From positions 153,220-217,219 of the forward strand of contig JBBDYJ010000031.1 in the NCBI GenBank assembly GCA_040901675.1: 64,000 nt of DNA, given 5' to 3'. The notes under the pieces were generated by a model, which had not been told where the DNA came from, made no database searches, and saw only the letters and a list, made by a program, of their open reading frames with translations. The stretch is from Pirellulales bacterium. GTDB lineage: Bacteria > Planctomycetota > Planctomycetia > Pirellulales > JAICIG01. This document shows positions 10,126 to 19,333 of this stretch, piece by piece. Made by a program: the position numbers and the translations under genes. Each line of letters opens with the position of its first letter. The first letter of the stretch is position 1.

Positions 10126-11616
10126 ATGAAGATCCAGCAGTTCCTCCAGCACCACGGCATCGCCAGCAACCCCTTTGCCGATGAGGATGCGCAGACCGAT
10201 CCCGTCTTCAAGGAACACTGCATCCAGAGCACCTATCATCCCACTTGGGACAAGATCTACGGCGACCCGGCCGAGCCGGCCACGTCGATCGTGTTTGGCG
10301 AAAAGGGCTCAGGCAAGACGGCCATGCGGCTGCAGATCGTGCGGCACCTGGACGACTACAACCGCGCCCATCCCCAGGGCCGCTTGTTCGTCATCGAGTA
10401 CGACGACTTCAACCCCTTCCTCGACCGCTTTCGCGACAAGCTCGGCCATCGCAAGCGGCGGCAGGACCAGGTGCTCTCGCAGTGGAAGCTGTGGGACCAC
10501 ATGGACGCCATCCTTTCGCTCGGCGTGACTCAACTGGTCGATCGCATCCTGGAGGCGCCGGGGGCCGGACACAAGCCGGGCGACGTGGGCCAGCTCGAGG
10601 CGGCCGTGCTCGACCGGCACCAGAGCCGCGACCTGTTGCTGCTGGCGGCCTTCTACGACCAATCGTCGGCCGAAACGTTCCGCCAGCGGTGGCACCGCCT
10701 GCGCCGCAAGCTGCGTTACTCCACCTGGCGCTCGAAGTGGCCGCTGGCAGTGGGCATCCTCTCGGTGCTGGTCGTGTTCGGGCTGATCGTCGGACTGCAG
10801 AAATGGGACTGGCTGGCCAGCCCCTGGCCGTATCTTTTCGGCGCGGCCGGCTGGGCGCCGTATGCCTGGCGGGCCTGGACCTGGTACTGGCGGGCCAAGG
10901 GCATCACGCGGCAGTTGCGGGTGGTGAACCACGAGGCCAACGCCTTGCGGCAAGTGCTGATGAACTTCGCCTCGGACGAGATCATGAGCCAGCCCCTGCC
11001 CAACAAGGAGCGGACCGACGACCGCTTCGAGCTCTTGGTGAAGTTCCAGGGGGTGCTGCGGTCGCTGGGGTTCGCGGGCGTCATCGTGCTGGTCGATCGG
11101 GTGGACGAGCCGCACCTGGTCAACGGCTCTCCGGAGCAGATGCGGGCCCTGTTGTGGCCGCTCTTGGACAACAAGTTCCTCAAGCATCCGGGCCTGGGGT
11201 TCAAGCTGCTGCTGCCCGTGGAGCTTTCGTACTTTATCGACCGCGAAGACCGCGATTTCTACCAGCGGGCCCGGTTGGACAAGCAGAACCTGATCCCGTC
11301 GCTGCAATGGTCGGGCGAGGCGCTGTACGACGTGGCCAATGCGCGTCTGAAGGCCTGCGCGGCCGACGGCAAGTCGCCGGCGCTGCGCGATCTGTTCGAG
11401 CCCTCCGTGAGCGACCGCCGCCTGATCGAAGCCTTGCGCACGCTGCGGGTGCCCCGCCACCTGTTCAAGTTCCTCTACCGGGTTTTCGTCTCGCACTCCA
11501 ACGCCTACACCGACGAGAACCCCTCCTGGAAGATCTCCGGCGAAACGTTCGAGTCGGTGCTGGCACTCTATCAGCGCGCCCAGGAAGCCTATGACCGCGG
11601 CCTGGGCGTCGCCTGA
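10126..11616 (+). CDS. P-loop NTPase with internal transmembrane segments
   Basis: Walker A GEKGSGKT; Walker B VIVLVDRVDE; hydrophobic WPLAVGILSVLVVFGLIVGL and WPYLFGAAGWAPYAW between them. Confidence 0.85.
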   Translation: MKIQQFLQHHGIASNPFADEDAQTDPVFKEHCIQSTYHPTWDKIYGDPAEPATSIVFGEKGSGKTAMRLQIVRHLDDYNRAHPQGRLFVIEYDDFNPFLDRFRDKLGHRKRRQDQVLSQWKLWDHMDAILSLGVTQLVDRILEAPGAGHKPGDVGQLEAAVLDRHQSRDLLLLAAFYDQSSAETFRQRWHRLRRKLRYSTWRSKWPLAVGILSVLVVFGLIVGLQKWDWLASPWPYLFGAAGWAPYAWRAWTWYWRAKGITRQLRVVNHEANALRQVLMNFASDEIMSQPLPNKERTDDRFELLVKFQGVLRSLGFAGVIVLVDRVDEPHLVNGSPEQMRALLWPLLDNKFLKHPGLGFKLLLPVELSYFIDREDRDFYQRARLDKQNLIPSLQWSGEALYDVANARLKACAADGKSPALRDLFEPSVSDRRLIEALRTLRVPRHLFKFLYRVFVSHSNAYTDENPSWKISGETFESVLALYQRAQEAYDRGLGVA

Positions 11617-11697
11617 AGGGCGCCCTTGACCGGGAAACGCCTTCCTGCGAGACTTCGCCCCCTCGGATGATCGTTTCTTGCGCAGGAGGTGCATTCG

Positions 11698-12300
11698 ATG
11701 CAGCGCTGCTGGACAATGGGGACGGTGCTAGCATGCGTTCTGGCCGGTTGCTCCGGCTCGGGCGACGAGAAGCAGGCCCCGGCGACGGCCGGCTCCAAGG
11801 CGGCCCAAGCCAAGCCGGCGAAGGCCCAGGGGCCGGATGGGGCGGTTTTCGACTTCCTGGAAGCGGTCCGCACCGGAAACGATTCCAAGGCCAACGGCAT
11901 GCTGACCCAACTGGCCCGCCAGAAAACGGCTGAGCTCGACATGGTCGTCGCTCCGCCGGGCAGCGACACGGCCAGCTTCGAGGTGGGTGGCGTCGAGATG
12001 ATCACCGAAGGAGACGAACGCGGCGCGCACGTGACCTGCAAATGGACCGACGTGGGCGAGGATGGCCAGCCGCACACCGACGAAATCATCTGGATGCTGC
12101 GTGAAGAGCCCGAAGGCTGGCGGATTGCCGGTATGGCCACCCAGATCTTCGACGAGGAGCTGCCCCTGCTGCTGAATTTCGAAGATCCGGAAGACATGAT
12201 GCGCAAGCAGCGGATGGCGGAGGAAGAGATGGAGCGCCGCAGCCGCCCTGAAACCCAGGAAAGCCGCCAATCCAGCAGCGAGGACCCCTTCCGCAAGTAA
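11698..12300 (+). CDS. Lipoprotein, unknown function
   Basis: RBS AGGAGG; lipobox LAGC. Confidence 0.8.
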   Translation: MQRCWTMGTVLACVLAGCSGSGDEKQAPATAGSKAAQAKPAKAQGPDGAVFDFLEAVRTGNDSKANGMLTQLARQKTAELDMVVAPPGSDTASFEVGGVEMITEGDERGAHVTCKWTDVGEDGQPHTDEIIWMLREEPEGWRIAGMATQIFDEELPLLLNFEDPEDMMRKQRMAEEEMERRSRPETQESRQSSSEDPFRK

Positions 12301-12332
12301 GTTGCGGCAAAGAAAAAACTTAAGCGCTCGAC

Positions 12333-12362
12333 TGGCCCCCGCTACAGGGGGCCATTTTTTTT
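12333..12362 (+). terminator. Rho-independent terminator
   Basis: TGGCCCCC-GCTACA-GGGGGCCA followed by T8. Confidence 0.88.
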
Positions 12363-12472
12363 GCGCATTTTTCCCGAACTCCCATTGACCGCCGCATTGA
12401 AATCTGGACAATCAGCGCAGCACTCCTAAAGCCCCAAGCCAGCCCAGGGCTCACAAATTATCGTTTTGGTCC

Positions 12473-12500
12473 TTGACATCGCTCTCCGCAGTGATAATTT
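12473..12500 (+). promoter_or_regulatory. Sigma-70-type promoter
   Basis: TTGACA (12473-12478), 16-bp spacer, extended -10 TGa-TAATTT. Confidence 0.55.
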
Positions 12501-12701
12501 AAGCAACCTAACCTGTGCATTCGTGTCTATAGTGCGCAATCGTTAAGCTCGCGAGGGGCGGCCCGGCGCTAGGCCGACACAGCACAGTTCACCCGAGGTC
12601 CTTCCCTTTGGACGGCCGTCACAAGGGGGGAAAACTAAGCGACGGCCAGATTTCGGTTTCGGGCTCTTACGGTACCTGTTTAGTTTTTGGAGGAATCTAG
12701 G

Positions 12702-13139
12702 ATGAATCGTGCAATTGTGTTTGGCATCGCGATATTTCTCGCGGTGGTCGGTATCGCCCTGATGGGCGGCGACAACCAGGTGTTGGCCGGGCATGGCTGT
12801 GCCGGCTGCGATGGCGGCGGCTGTCATGGATGTCATGGGTGTGACGGGGGCTATGGCGGCTGCCACGGCTGCGCCGGCGCGTGCGACGGCTGCGAGGGTC
12901 GGCGCCGCGGTGGGCTGTTCCAGCGTCATCGGCGGAGTCGCGGTTGCCACGGTTGCAATGGCTGCGCTGGCTGCCATGGCTGCCACGGTGCACCCGCTTG
13001 CGCCGGTTGCGACGGCTACGCTCCGCACGACGACATGGGTCCGCCGCCGGGCGACCTCGACGCTCCCCCGCCCGCTCCGGAAGACGCCCCCGAGGCGCGG
13101 ATCCAGCGCGGTTTTCGTCGGGTCAGCTTCCGTCGCTAG
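12702..13139 (+). CDS. Small secreted Cys/Gly/His-rich protein
   Basis: RBS GGAGG; signal peptide ending VLA-G; 16 Cys in repeated CxGC units; Pro/Asp-rich tail. Confidence 0.85.
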   Translation: MNRAIVFGIAIFLAVVGIALMGGDNQVLAGHGCAGCDGGGCHGCHGCDGGYGGCHGCAGACDGCEGRRRGGLFQRHRRSRGCHGCNGCAGCHGCHGAPACAGCDGYAPHDDMGPPPGDLDAPPPAPEDAPEARIQRGFRRVSFRR

Positions 13140-13194
13140 ACGTTGGATTGAAACCAGCCACCCGCGCGTGGCTCAGGTTTCCAGTGGCTTTATG

Positions 13195-13234
13195 GCCGGA
13201 TCTCCCCCTGCGGGTGATCCGGCTTTTATTTTTT
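13195..13234 (+). terminator. Rho-independent terminator
   Basis: GCCGGATC...GATCCGGC stem followed by TTTTATTTTTT. Confidence 0.85.
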
Positions 13235-13339
13235 GACGTACCCCGTGACGCGCGGCTCCCCGACGGCAACCTCTCGACCACTCCCCTTGGCGCGAGCTAA
13301 GCTAGTCAGGCATTCCAGCCACCCAACCCCGCGCGCTTA

Positions 13340-13447
13340 GGAATGACCGAAAAATAACTTCGGCAAAGTCGAGCGAGCTGGGTGCCTGGGGCAAAGCGAT
13401 AAGCGTGCCCCAGTTGCAATGTGAGGAAGTTATTTTTCGGCCGATCC
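13340..13447 (+). mobile_element. 108-bp MITE, copy 1
   Basis: Imperfect TIRs GGAATGACCGAAAAATAACTTC / GAAGTTATTTTTCGGCCGATCC; flanked by TTA at 13337-13339 and 13448-13450. Confidence 0.85.
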
Positions 13448-13464
13448 TTAGCCGTTCGCCTTCC

Positions 13465-14139
13465 ATGCACGCCAGCGCCCCGCCATCTTGCACCAGCGAC
13501 CCAGCGCCGAGCTGGTCCGAAACGGCCCGCACCGCCGTCAGCTTCCTCTTGTTCCTGCACTTCTTTGCGCTGGCCGTCGGCTTCACTTCCAACACCTGGA
13601 GCCCCTCGCCGCTGCTCGTCAGGCTGCGCGATGTCCCGCCGGTGCGGCCTTACCTGCAACTGCTGGGCTGGGATGTGCCGTGGCTGGGCCTCTACAGCCT
13701 GACGCACGCCGCCGAGGACGATACCGATCACACGCTGGCGGCCGAGCTGAGAATGGCCGACGGATCATCTCGCGAGATTGTACTCCCCGAGCCAGACCTC
13801 CGCCTGCCGGAGCGGAAGCGGCGCTTCACCCGGCTGGCCGCCACCGTGGGGGAGTTGGCCGGCAATTCCACGGTCGAAAGCATCCTGCCGCAGGCGATCG
13901 CCGCCCATTTTGTCGGCCAGTACGGGGCGGCCGGCGGCACGATCCGCTGCCGGCGGCATTTTCTGCAGCCGACCGAGGCCGTGCTGCGGTCGGGCCGGGA
14001 CGAAATCGCTCCATACAGCCGCGAACAGACGCTTTACGAGGCCCGGATACTCGTCTCCGACGGCCTGGTCGAGCTGCTCAAGATCGAGTCGGCGGCCGAC
14101 GTGGCTCCGCCCGCCGCGACCACTCCCGCCACGCCATGA
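13465..14139 (+). CDS. Hypothetical membrane-anchored protein, partner of the HTTM protein
   Basis: N-terminal TM (AVSFLLFLHFFALAVGF), PYLQLLG motif; 7 bp upstream of the HTTM gene. Confidence 0.75.
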   Translation: MHASAPPSCTSDPAPSWSETARTAVSFLLFLHFFALAVGFTSNTWSPSPLLVRLRDVPPVRPYLQLLGWDVPWLGLYSLTHAAEDDTDHTLAAELRMADGSSREIVLPEPDLRLPERKRRFTRLAATVGELAGNSTVESILPQAIAAHFVGQYGAAGGTIRCRRHFLQPTEAVLRSGRDEIAPYSREQTLYEARILVSDGLVELLKIESAADVAPPAATTPATP

Positions 14140-14146
14140 GGGGCGC

Positions 14147-15172
14147 ATGAGGCAATACCTGGGCGATCTCAGCCGGAGCTTCGGCCAGGCTTGGAACCGG
14201 TTCTGGTTCACGCCGCGCGATCCGCTGGTTCTGTCGGTGATCCGCGTGGCTGCCGGCCTGGTGGCCCTGTACCTGGTGGCAAGCTACACCCCGGACCTGG
14301 GACGGTTTTTCGGGCCAGGCGGCTTGCTGCCCGTGGAGACGATCGAAACGCTTCAGCGGCCCGACCCCGAGTCGATGCCGCGCCGCTGGCGCTTCTCGTA
14401 CTTGGACTACATGCAGTCAGGCTCGGACCTGTGGCTGGCCCACGTTGCCGGGCTGGCGGTGCTGGCCCTGTACACGGTCGGCTTCTGGACGCGAGTTTCA
14501 TCGTGCCTGGCGCTGGTGGTCGTGCTCTCGTACGTGCATCGCGGGCCGGTGCTGACCGGCGAGGTCGAGCCGGTGCTGGCGCTGGTGATGTTCTATCTCT
14601 GTCTGGCTCCGTCGGGACGCTACCTGTCGGTCGACGCCTGGCTGGCTCGCCGCCGGGCGGCCAGCATCCCCAGGACAGAGCCGGCGCCGGCAGGCGCCTC
14701 CAATCTGAGCACGGCCGCGACCATCGCCACCCGCCTGATGCAGGTGCACCTCTCGCTTTTGTACGCGGGCATGGCGTTGGGCAAGCTGGCCGGCGACGCG
14801 TGGTGGAGCGGAGCGGCCGTCTGGTGGCTCATCGCCAGGCCCGAGCAGCGCCTGGCCGACTTGACGTGGCTGGCGGACCATCCGTTTGTGGTGAACGCTT
14901 GGACGCACGCCATCGTGGTCTTTGAGCTGGCCTTTGCCGTGTTGATCTGGAACCGGCTGGCGCGGCCGCTGCTGCTCTGGCTGGCGGCCGCGATGTGGAT
15001 CCTGCTGGTGCCGATCACCGGGCTGGCGGCATTCGCCCTGTTGATGCTGGCGGCCAACCTCTCGTTCGTGCCGCCCGATACCGTGCGGCGGGCATTTTCG
15101 TGCTGCGGCAGCCTGGTCGACCCGCCCGCGGCGAGCCTGGTCGAGCCGCCCGCGGCCGTGCGGCAACCCTAA
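14147..15172 (+). CDS. HTTM-domain (vitamin K-dependent carboxylase/SdpB-like) membrane protein
   Basis: WNRFWFTP, GFWTRVSS, YLSVDAWL, RLMQVHLSLLY..ALGKL.GDAWWSGAAVW; multiple TM helices. Confidence 0.82.
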   Translation: MRQYLGDLSRSFGQAWNRFWFTPRDPLVLSVIRVAAGLVALYLVASYTPDLGRFFGPGGLLPVETIETLQRPDPESMPRRWRFSYLDYMQSGSDLWLAHVAGLAVLALYTVGFWTRVSSCLALVVVLSYVHRGPVLTGEVEPVLALVMFYLCLAPSGRYLSVDAWLARRRAASIPRTEPAPAGASNLSTAATIATRLMQVHLSLLYAGMALGKLAGDAWWSGAAVWWLIARPEQRLADLTWLADHPFVVNAWTHAIVVFELAFAVLIWNRLARPLLLWLAAAMWILLVPITGLAAFALLMLAANLSFVPPDTVRRAFSCCGSLVDPPAASLVEPPAAVRQP

Positions 15173-15192
15173 GGCGCTTACGGCAGCCCTCA

Positions 15193-15300
15193 GGATCGGC
15201 CGAAAAATAACTTCCTCACATCGCAACTGGGACACGCTTGTCGTTATTGCCCAGCCACCCAGCTCGCTCGACTCTGTCGAAGTTATTTTTCGGTCATTCC
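15193..15300 (-). mobile_element. 108-bp MITE, copy 2 (inverted relative to copy 1)
   Basis: Reverse complement of 13340-13447 with scattered substitutions; flanked by TCA and TTA. Confidence 0.85.
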
Positions 15301-15302
15301 TT

Positions 15303-15600
15303 AGCCCGCGGAGCGGGCGACAGTTAATAGCCGGGCGGCGTAAGCCCCCGGTTGCCGATCAATGAACCTTTCTTTCAGCCCGCGAAGCGGGCGACAGTAG
15401 GCATTGGTCAACGCATGGCCGACGACCTATGGGTGACGCCAGGCGCTTGGGACTTCGCTCGACCAAGATCCGGGGGCTATAATCGGTCCTTGTGTTTTCA
15501 GCGTCGTTCGTAGTGACCCCATTTATGGGGTCCGTAGTAAAGTCGCCCTCACGCTCCGCGTGGGGCAGGTCCAAAGCACCGCTCACGCGCCGCGTGAGGC
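15303..15600. repeat. Cluster of several REP-type palindromes
   Basis: Family of 5141-5191; GTTCGTAGTGACCCCATTTATGGGGTC (15506-15532, recurring at 63646-63815); CCTCACGCTCCGCGTG hairpins. Confidence 0.75.
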
Positions 15601-15604
15601 AGCT

Positions 15605-15701
15605 TGCACCAGGAGACACCACCATGCCAATGACCAATGACCAATGACCAATGACCAATGACCAATGACCAATGACCAATGCACCAGGAGACACCACCAT
15701 G
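15605..15701 (+). repeat. (CCAATGA)7.7 tract between two 22-bp direct repeats that contain an RBS and ATG
   Basis: TGCACCAGGAGACACCACCATG at 15605-15626 and 15680-15701. Confidence 0.9.
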
Positions 15702-16616
15702 TCGATTGCAGCGAACCGGCGACGTTTTCTCCGCGACGCGGCCGTCACGTTCAGCGGCCTGGCGGCCGGCCTTGCCTGGCGGGGCGCCGGCGCGATCGAA
15801 CCGATCGCACGCCCGGGCGAGCCGAAGTACAAGTTCAGCCTGGCGGCCTACAGCTATCGCGACCTGCTGAGCGGCGAATCGCCGCGGCTTTCGCTTTCCG
15901 ACTTTATCGCGGACTGCGCGAAGATGGGTTTGGAAGGCACCGAGTTGACGTCGTACTATTTTCCCGATGAGCCGAGCGACGCGTATCTGCGGCAGTTGAA
16001 GCAGCACTGTTTCCGCCTGGGACTCGACGTGTCGGGCACGGCCGTGGGCAACGATTTCTGCCATCCGGCGGGAGACGAGCGCGACCGGCAGATCGCGCAC
16101 GTGAAGCGCTGGATCGAGCGGGCCGAAATCCTCGGCGCGCCGGTGATCCGCATCTTCTCCGGCTCGGTCCGCGACGGGCAATCGGCCGGCGAGGCCCATC
16201 GGCAGGCGGTGGCGGCCATCGAGGAATGCTGCGAGTACGCCGGGCAGCACGGGGTGTTCCTAGCCTTGGAGAACCACGGCGGGCTGACCACGACACCTGA
16301 GGGCACGTTGGCCCTGGTGCGGGACGTGAAGAGCGACTGGTTCGGCGTCAACCTCGACACGGGCAATTTTCGCACGGCCGATCCGTACGCGGATCTTGCC
16401 CAGCTCGCCCCTTACGCTTTGAACGTGCAGGTCAAGGTCGTGGTGCATCCGCAGGGGCAAGGCCGGCAGCCCGCCGACTTCGCCCGCCTGGCCGGCATGC
16501 TCACTGGCGCCGGCTATCGCGGCTACATCGTGTTGGAGTACGAAGAGGCCGAGGACCCTCGCCAGGCCTGCCCTCGTTACATCGACGCCCTGCGCAAAGC
16601 GTTCACCGGGTCGTAG
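15699..16616 (+). CDS. Sugar phosphate isomerase/epimerase (AP endonuclease 2 TIM barrel), Tat-exported
   Basis: NRRRFL; FSLAAYSYR; LALENHGG; VNLDTGNF; YIVLEYE. Confidence 0.9.
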   Translation: MSIAANRRRFLRDAAVTFSGLAAGLAWRGAGAIEPIARPGEPKYKFSLAAYSYRDLLSGESPRLSLSDFIADCAKMGLEGTELTSYYFPDEPSDAYLRQLKQHCFRLGLDVSGTAVGNDFCHPAGDERDRQIAHVKRWIERAEILGAPVIRIFSGSVRDGQSAGEAHRQAVAAIEECCEYAGQHGVFLALENHGGLTTTPEGTLALVRDVKSDWFGVNLDTGNFRTADPYADLAQLAPYALNVQVKVVVHPQGQGRQPADFARLAGMLTGAGYRGYIVLEYEEAEDPRQACPRYIDALRKAFTGS

Positions 16617-16645
16617 CGCCCACCTCCGCCTCAATCTTCCTGTCC

Positions 16646-16800
16646 CCTGCCTTGAGCTTGCCTGCCTTGAGCTTGCCTGCCTTGAGCTTGCCTGCCTTGA
16701 GCTTGCCGAAAGGTCGATTCCTCTTTCCTGCCTCCTGACCCCTGTCCCCTGACCTCCGACCTCTGCCTTCTGACCTCTGCCTTCTGACCTCTGTCTCCTG
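16646..16800. repeat. Four exact copies of the 15-mer CCTGCCTTGAGCTTG, then (CTGACCT)-type heptamers
   Basis: Direct reading of 16646-16705 and 16728-16800. Confidence 0.9.
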
Positions 16801-17265
16801 CCCTGTCCGATGTCTCAGCATCGGTCCTTGATGTGGTCCACTCGCTCCGCGAGTGGTTGTTTCCCGAGCTCCGACTTGGCCGCCATAACCGCCGGGCCGC
16901 GCATGTGGGCGGGCTACAGGGTGGGTACGCCGCCTGCCTCATAGAATAGGCGTGCGATGTGGCGAGGTTTTCTACCCCATCCGCCTTCGGCGGAACCGCG
17001 CCGCAAGTCCGCCTGTGGACGACATGTCCACCTCCGATGAATCCCCGTGTCAGTTGCAGAATGAACTGCGTCCCGAGCTGCCCCGCCCTTCCGGGCTGCG
17101 GACGGAACCGCTGGCACAAAAAGGCGGCATTCGATAGAATCGGCCATTGTTTGCCGTACTGATCGTGAACCTGTCCGGAGCAAGAAGTCTCTTCCATTAG
17201 ATGAGGACCGGTCCTCGCAAAATCCGCGAGACCGTCGTAACGGCAGTTATCGATAGGAGGTTTCG

Positions 17266-18144
17266 ATGGCGAGACGACTTTCGGCGTCGCAGTTGCGGAG
17301 CCAACTGCGGCGCGCTGAGCAAAAAGCGAAACAAGCAGTCAACAAAATCAATCATGCTATTCGGCGCCGCAATTCGCAGGTAAATCAGGCCGTCAATAAA
17401 TACAATCAAGCAGTTCGTGCACACAACTCGCACGTCCGAGCTCGCCGCCGGCGGATTACGAACGAATTGGCCAAACTGAGCCGACACTCCACAGCAACGC
17501 GATACGTTGTGTTGCGCACTTCCGTGCAGACGATGCACGCAGCGTACGCACGGTTGGAGCAGCGTGCGGACGCTCAGCCCCTGGGAGCAGAGTACGGCTA
17601 TGTCCTTGACCTGTCCGAGAAAGAAACCGCCAACAGCCTGGAGGTGATGAACGCTCTTCTCGGCATTCAACCGGACTCCGAGGAGAAACTTGAACGTCCG
17701 GAGGATCTGACGCTCCGTGACGAACTTCGAAAGATTTCTGCAGATCTAGACGATAGGTGGCGCGGAGCCGTTTTCTCCCTTGATGCTCGCAACCCCGACG
17801 CAGCCCGACATTTCTGCACAAGCGCTCGTGAAGTTATCACCCAGATCCTCGATCTCAAAGCCCCAGATGGCCAAGTGCTCAGCACGCTGCCAAACTGTGA
17901 TCGAACCGATCAGGGAAAGCCCACGAGACGAGCGAAGATTAGGTACTTTCTGCATGAGAAGGGAATGTTGGACGATGCTCTCGAAGAGTTCGCAGAGCAA
18001 GACATGGAGAATATCGTTCAATTGTTCAACGTTTTGAACGAGGGAACCCACGGCTCGGCAGGGAAGTTCGATCTCCAGATGTTGTCTTCGATCAGAGGGC
18101 GCGTTGAACACGGAATCTTGTTTCTGTCGTCGCTCGTGAACTAG
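17266..18144 (+). CDS. Coiled-coil + predicted pPIWI-associating nuclease-like (HEPN-type) protein
   Basis: Basic coiled-coil N-terminus; WRGAVFSL..RNPDAARHFCTSARE, GKPTRRAKIRY and NEGTH motifs; family recognised from memory. Confidence 0.65.
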   Translation: MARRLSASQLRSQLRRAEQKAKQAVNKINHAIRRRNSQVNQAVNKYNQAVRAHNSHVRARRRRITNELAKLSRHSTATRYVVLRTSVQTMHAAYARLEQRADAQPLGAEYGYVLDLSEKETANSLEVMNALLGIQPDSEEKLERPEDLTLRDELRKISADLDDRWRGAVFSLDARNPDAARHFCTSAREVITQILDLKAPDGQVLSTLPNCDRTDQGKPTRRAKIRYFLHEKGMLDDALEEFAEQDMENIVQLFNVLNEGTHGSAGKFDLQMLSSIRGRVEHGILFLSSLVN

Positions 18145-18250
18145 TCGATCAACCCCTTTGCTTGCTTTCCGCTTTGATTTGCCGTTGACTTGTCCATTGA
18201 TTTGCCCGCGGAACACTGAACACTGCCTAAAGCGCGGGCTCGCGGAATGC

Positions 18251-19160
18251 CTATGTGCTGCCTTGTCCAGGTGAGGCGGGCTTCCCGGGCACTGCCCGTT
18301 CATAGGCTCCGCAAGTGTGTCGCATTGGGCACTCAAACCCCGTCGCTTTCCCGAACCACGTGTGCGAAATGCATCGCCCACTGGCGAACGACAACTCAGG
18401 TGCGTTGGCAACTTCCCGCTCATAAATCCTGCCCTTGTAGAAGCCGCAAACGACTTTCCGTTCGACCGGCAGCAGCCTCGACAAGAGCGCTTGGAAAATC
18501 GTTTCAATCAGATCCAGCACGAACGCAGCCTGCTGATTCAATTCCGCGATGACGTCTTCGATGACCAGGCACCTGGTCGCAGAACCCAAGCCCCGATGCG
18601 TGTAGACCACTTTCCGAGTCTGACCGTCGATATGGCAGCTCCCGATATCGCCGTGTGTTACTTCGGTCCGAATTAACCGCAGTCGCGGGAACCATGAACC
18701 AAACGCCGCCGCTAAGGCTGTCCGGACGTCTTCAGGAAACCCCGGGCCATACTTGCATTCGTTGGCGCGTTGGAACAACGCTTCGGTAGACTTGTTCTGC
18801 ACCCCTTTGACTTTCCGATGGGTGGCATAGATCGTCCCGCCTAACACCGTCCAGTGCTGCGTACAGCTCGCAGAACAGAGCCTCCACGAGCGCGGCGAAT
18901 TCCTTAGAGCGCCTTGCCGAGGAATGGCCCCTCTCTGCGAGTTCAGCCTCGTCCTCTGCAAGTTGCTCCTTCAAGCGCCTTGCTAGCCCGGCCAACACGT
19001 TGAACTTTGCAAGATGGTTATCCGCAGTGTTGGCGCCTTTCGATAGCTCCCGACTGACCTCGAAGGGCGGACCCATGAACAGCCGGAACTTAGTGACAGC
19101 GGTCCATTGCTCGGGAGCAAAAAAGAGCAAGAATTCAGTCGAAACGCGCCCTTCGCTCAC
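18251..19160 (-). pseudogene. HEPN-like protein with Cys-rich C-terminus, split by a 1-bp frameshift
   Basis: ORFs 18732-19160 and 18251-18961 join (ELYAALDGVRR|TIYATH) if one G is removed at 18836-18838; RxxxxH motif RTEVTH. Confidence 0.65.
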
Positions 19161-19333
19161 GCGGATCCCCGCACATAGTTTGACTGACAGCTCATTGTGC
19201 TTCCGACGGGATGCAAGCGCTATCGGATGACATCACAGTAGTTAAGTGCTTCTTGCCCGGCGCCGTGGCCGGGCGTCGTTTTGACGCGATTGCCGTTCCA
19301 GCTCCCGCCGGGTGCTGCTTTCCTTCCACCCCT

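Noticed and set aside
13405..13464. ORF-track start of the HTTM partner, and ORFs 13302-13595 and 14498-15235
   Set aside because: These starts or segments lie inside the MITEs; the real start is more likely 13465
16646..16705. Coding repeat or CRISPR from the 15-mer x4
   Set aside because: Head-to-tail copies without spacers; overlapping ORFs (GKLKA repeats) have no support
16860..17260. Small genes at the left island edge
   Set aside because: Several short overlapping ORFs with no recognisable motif or RBS
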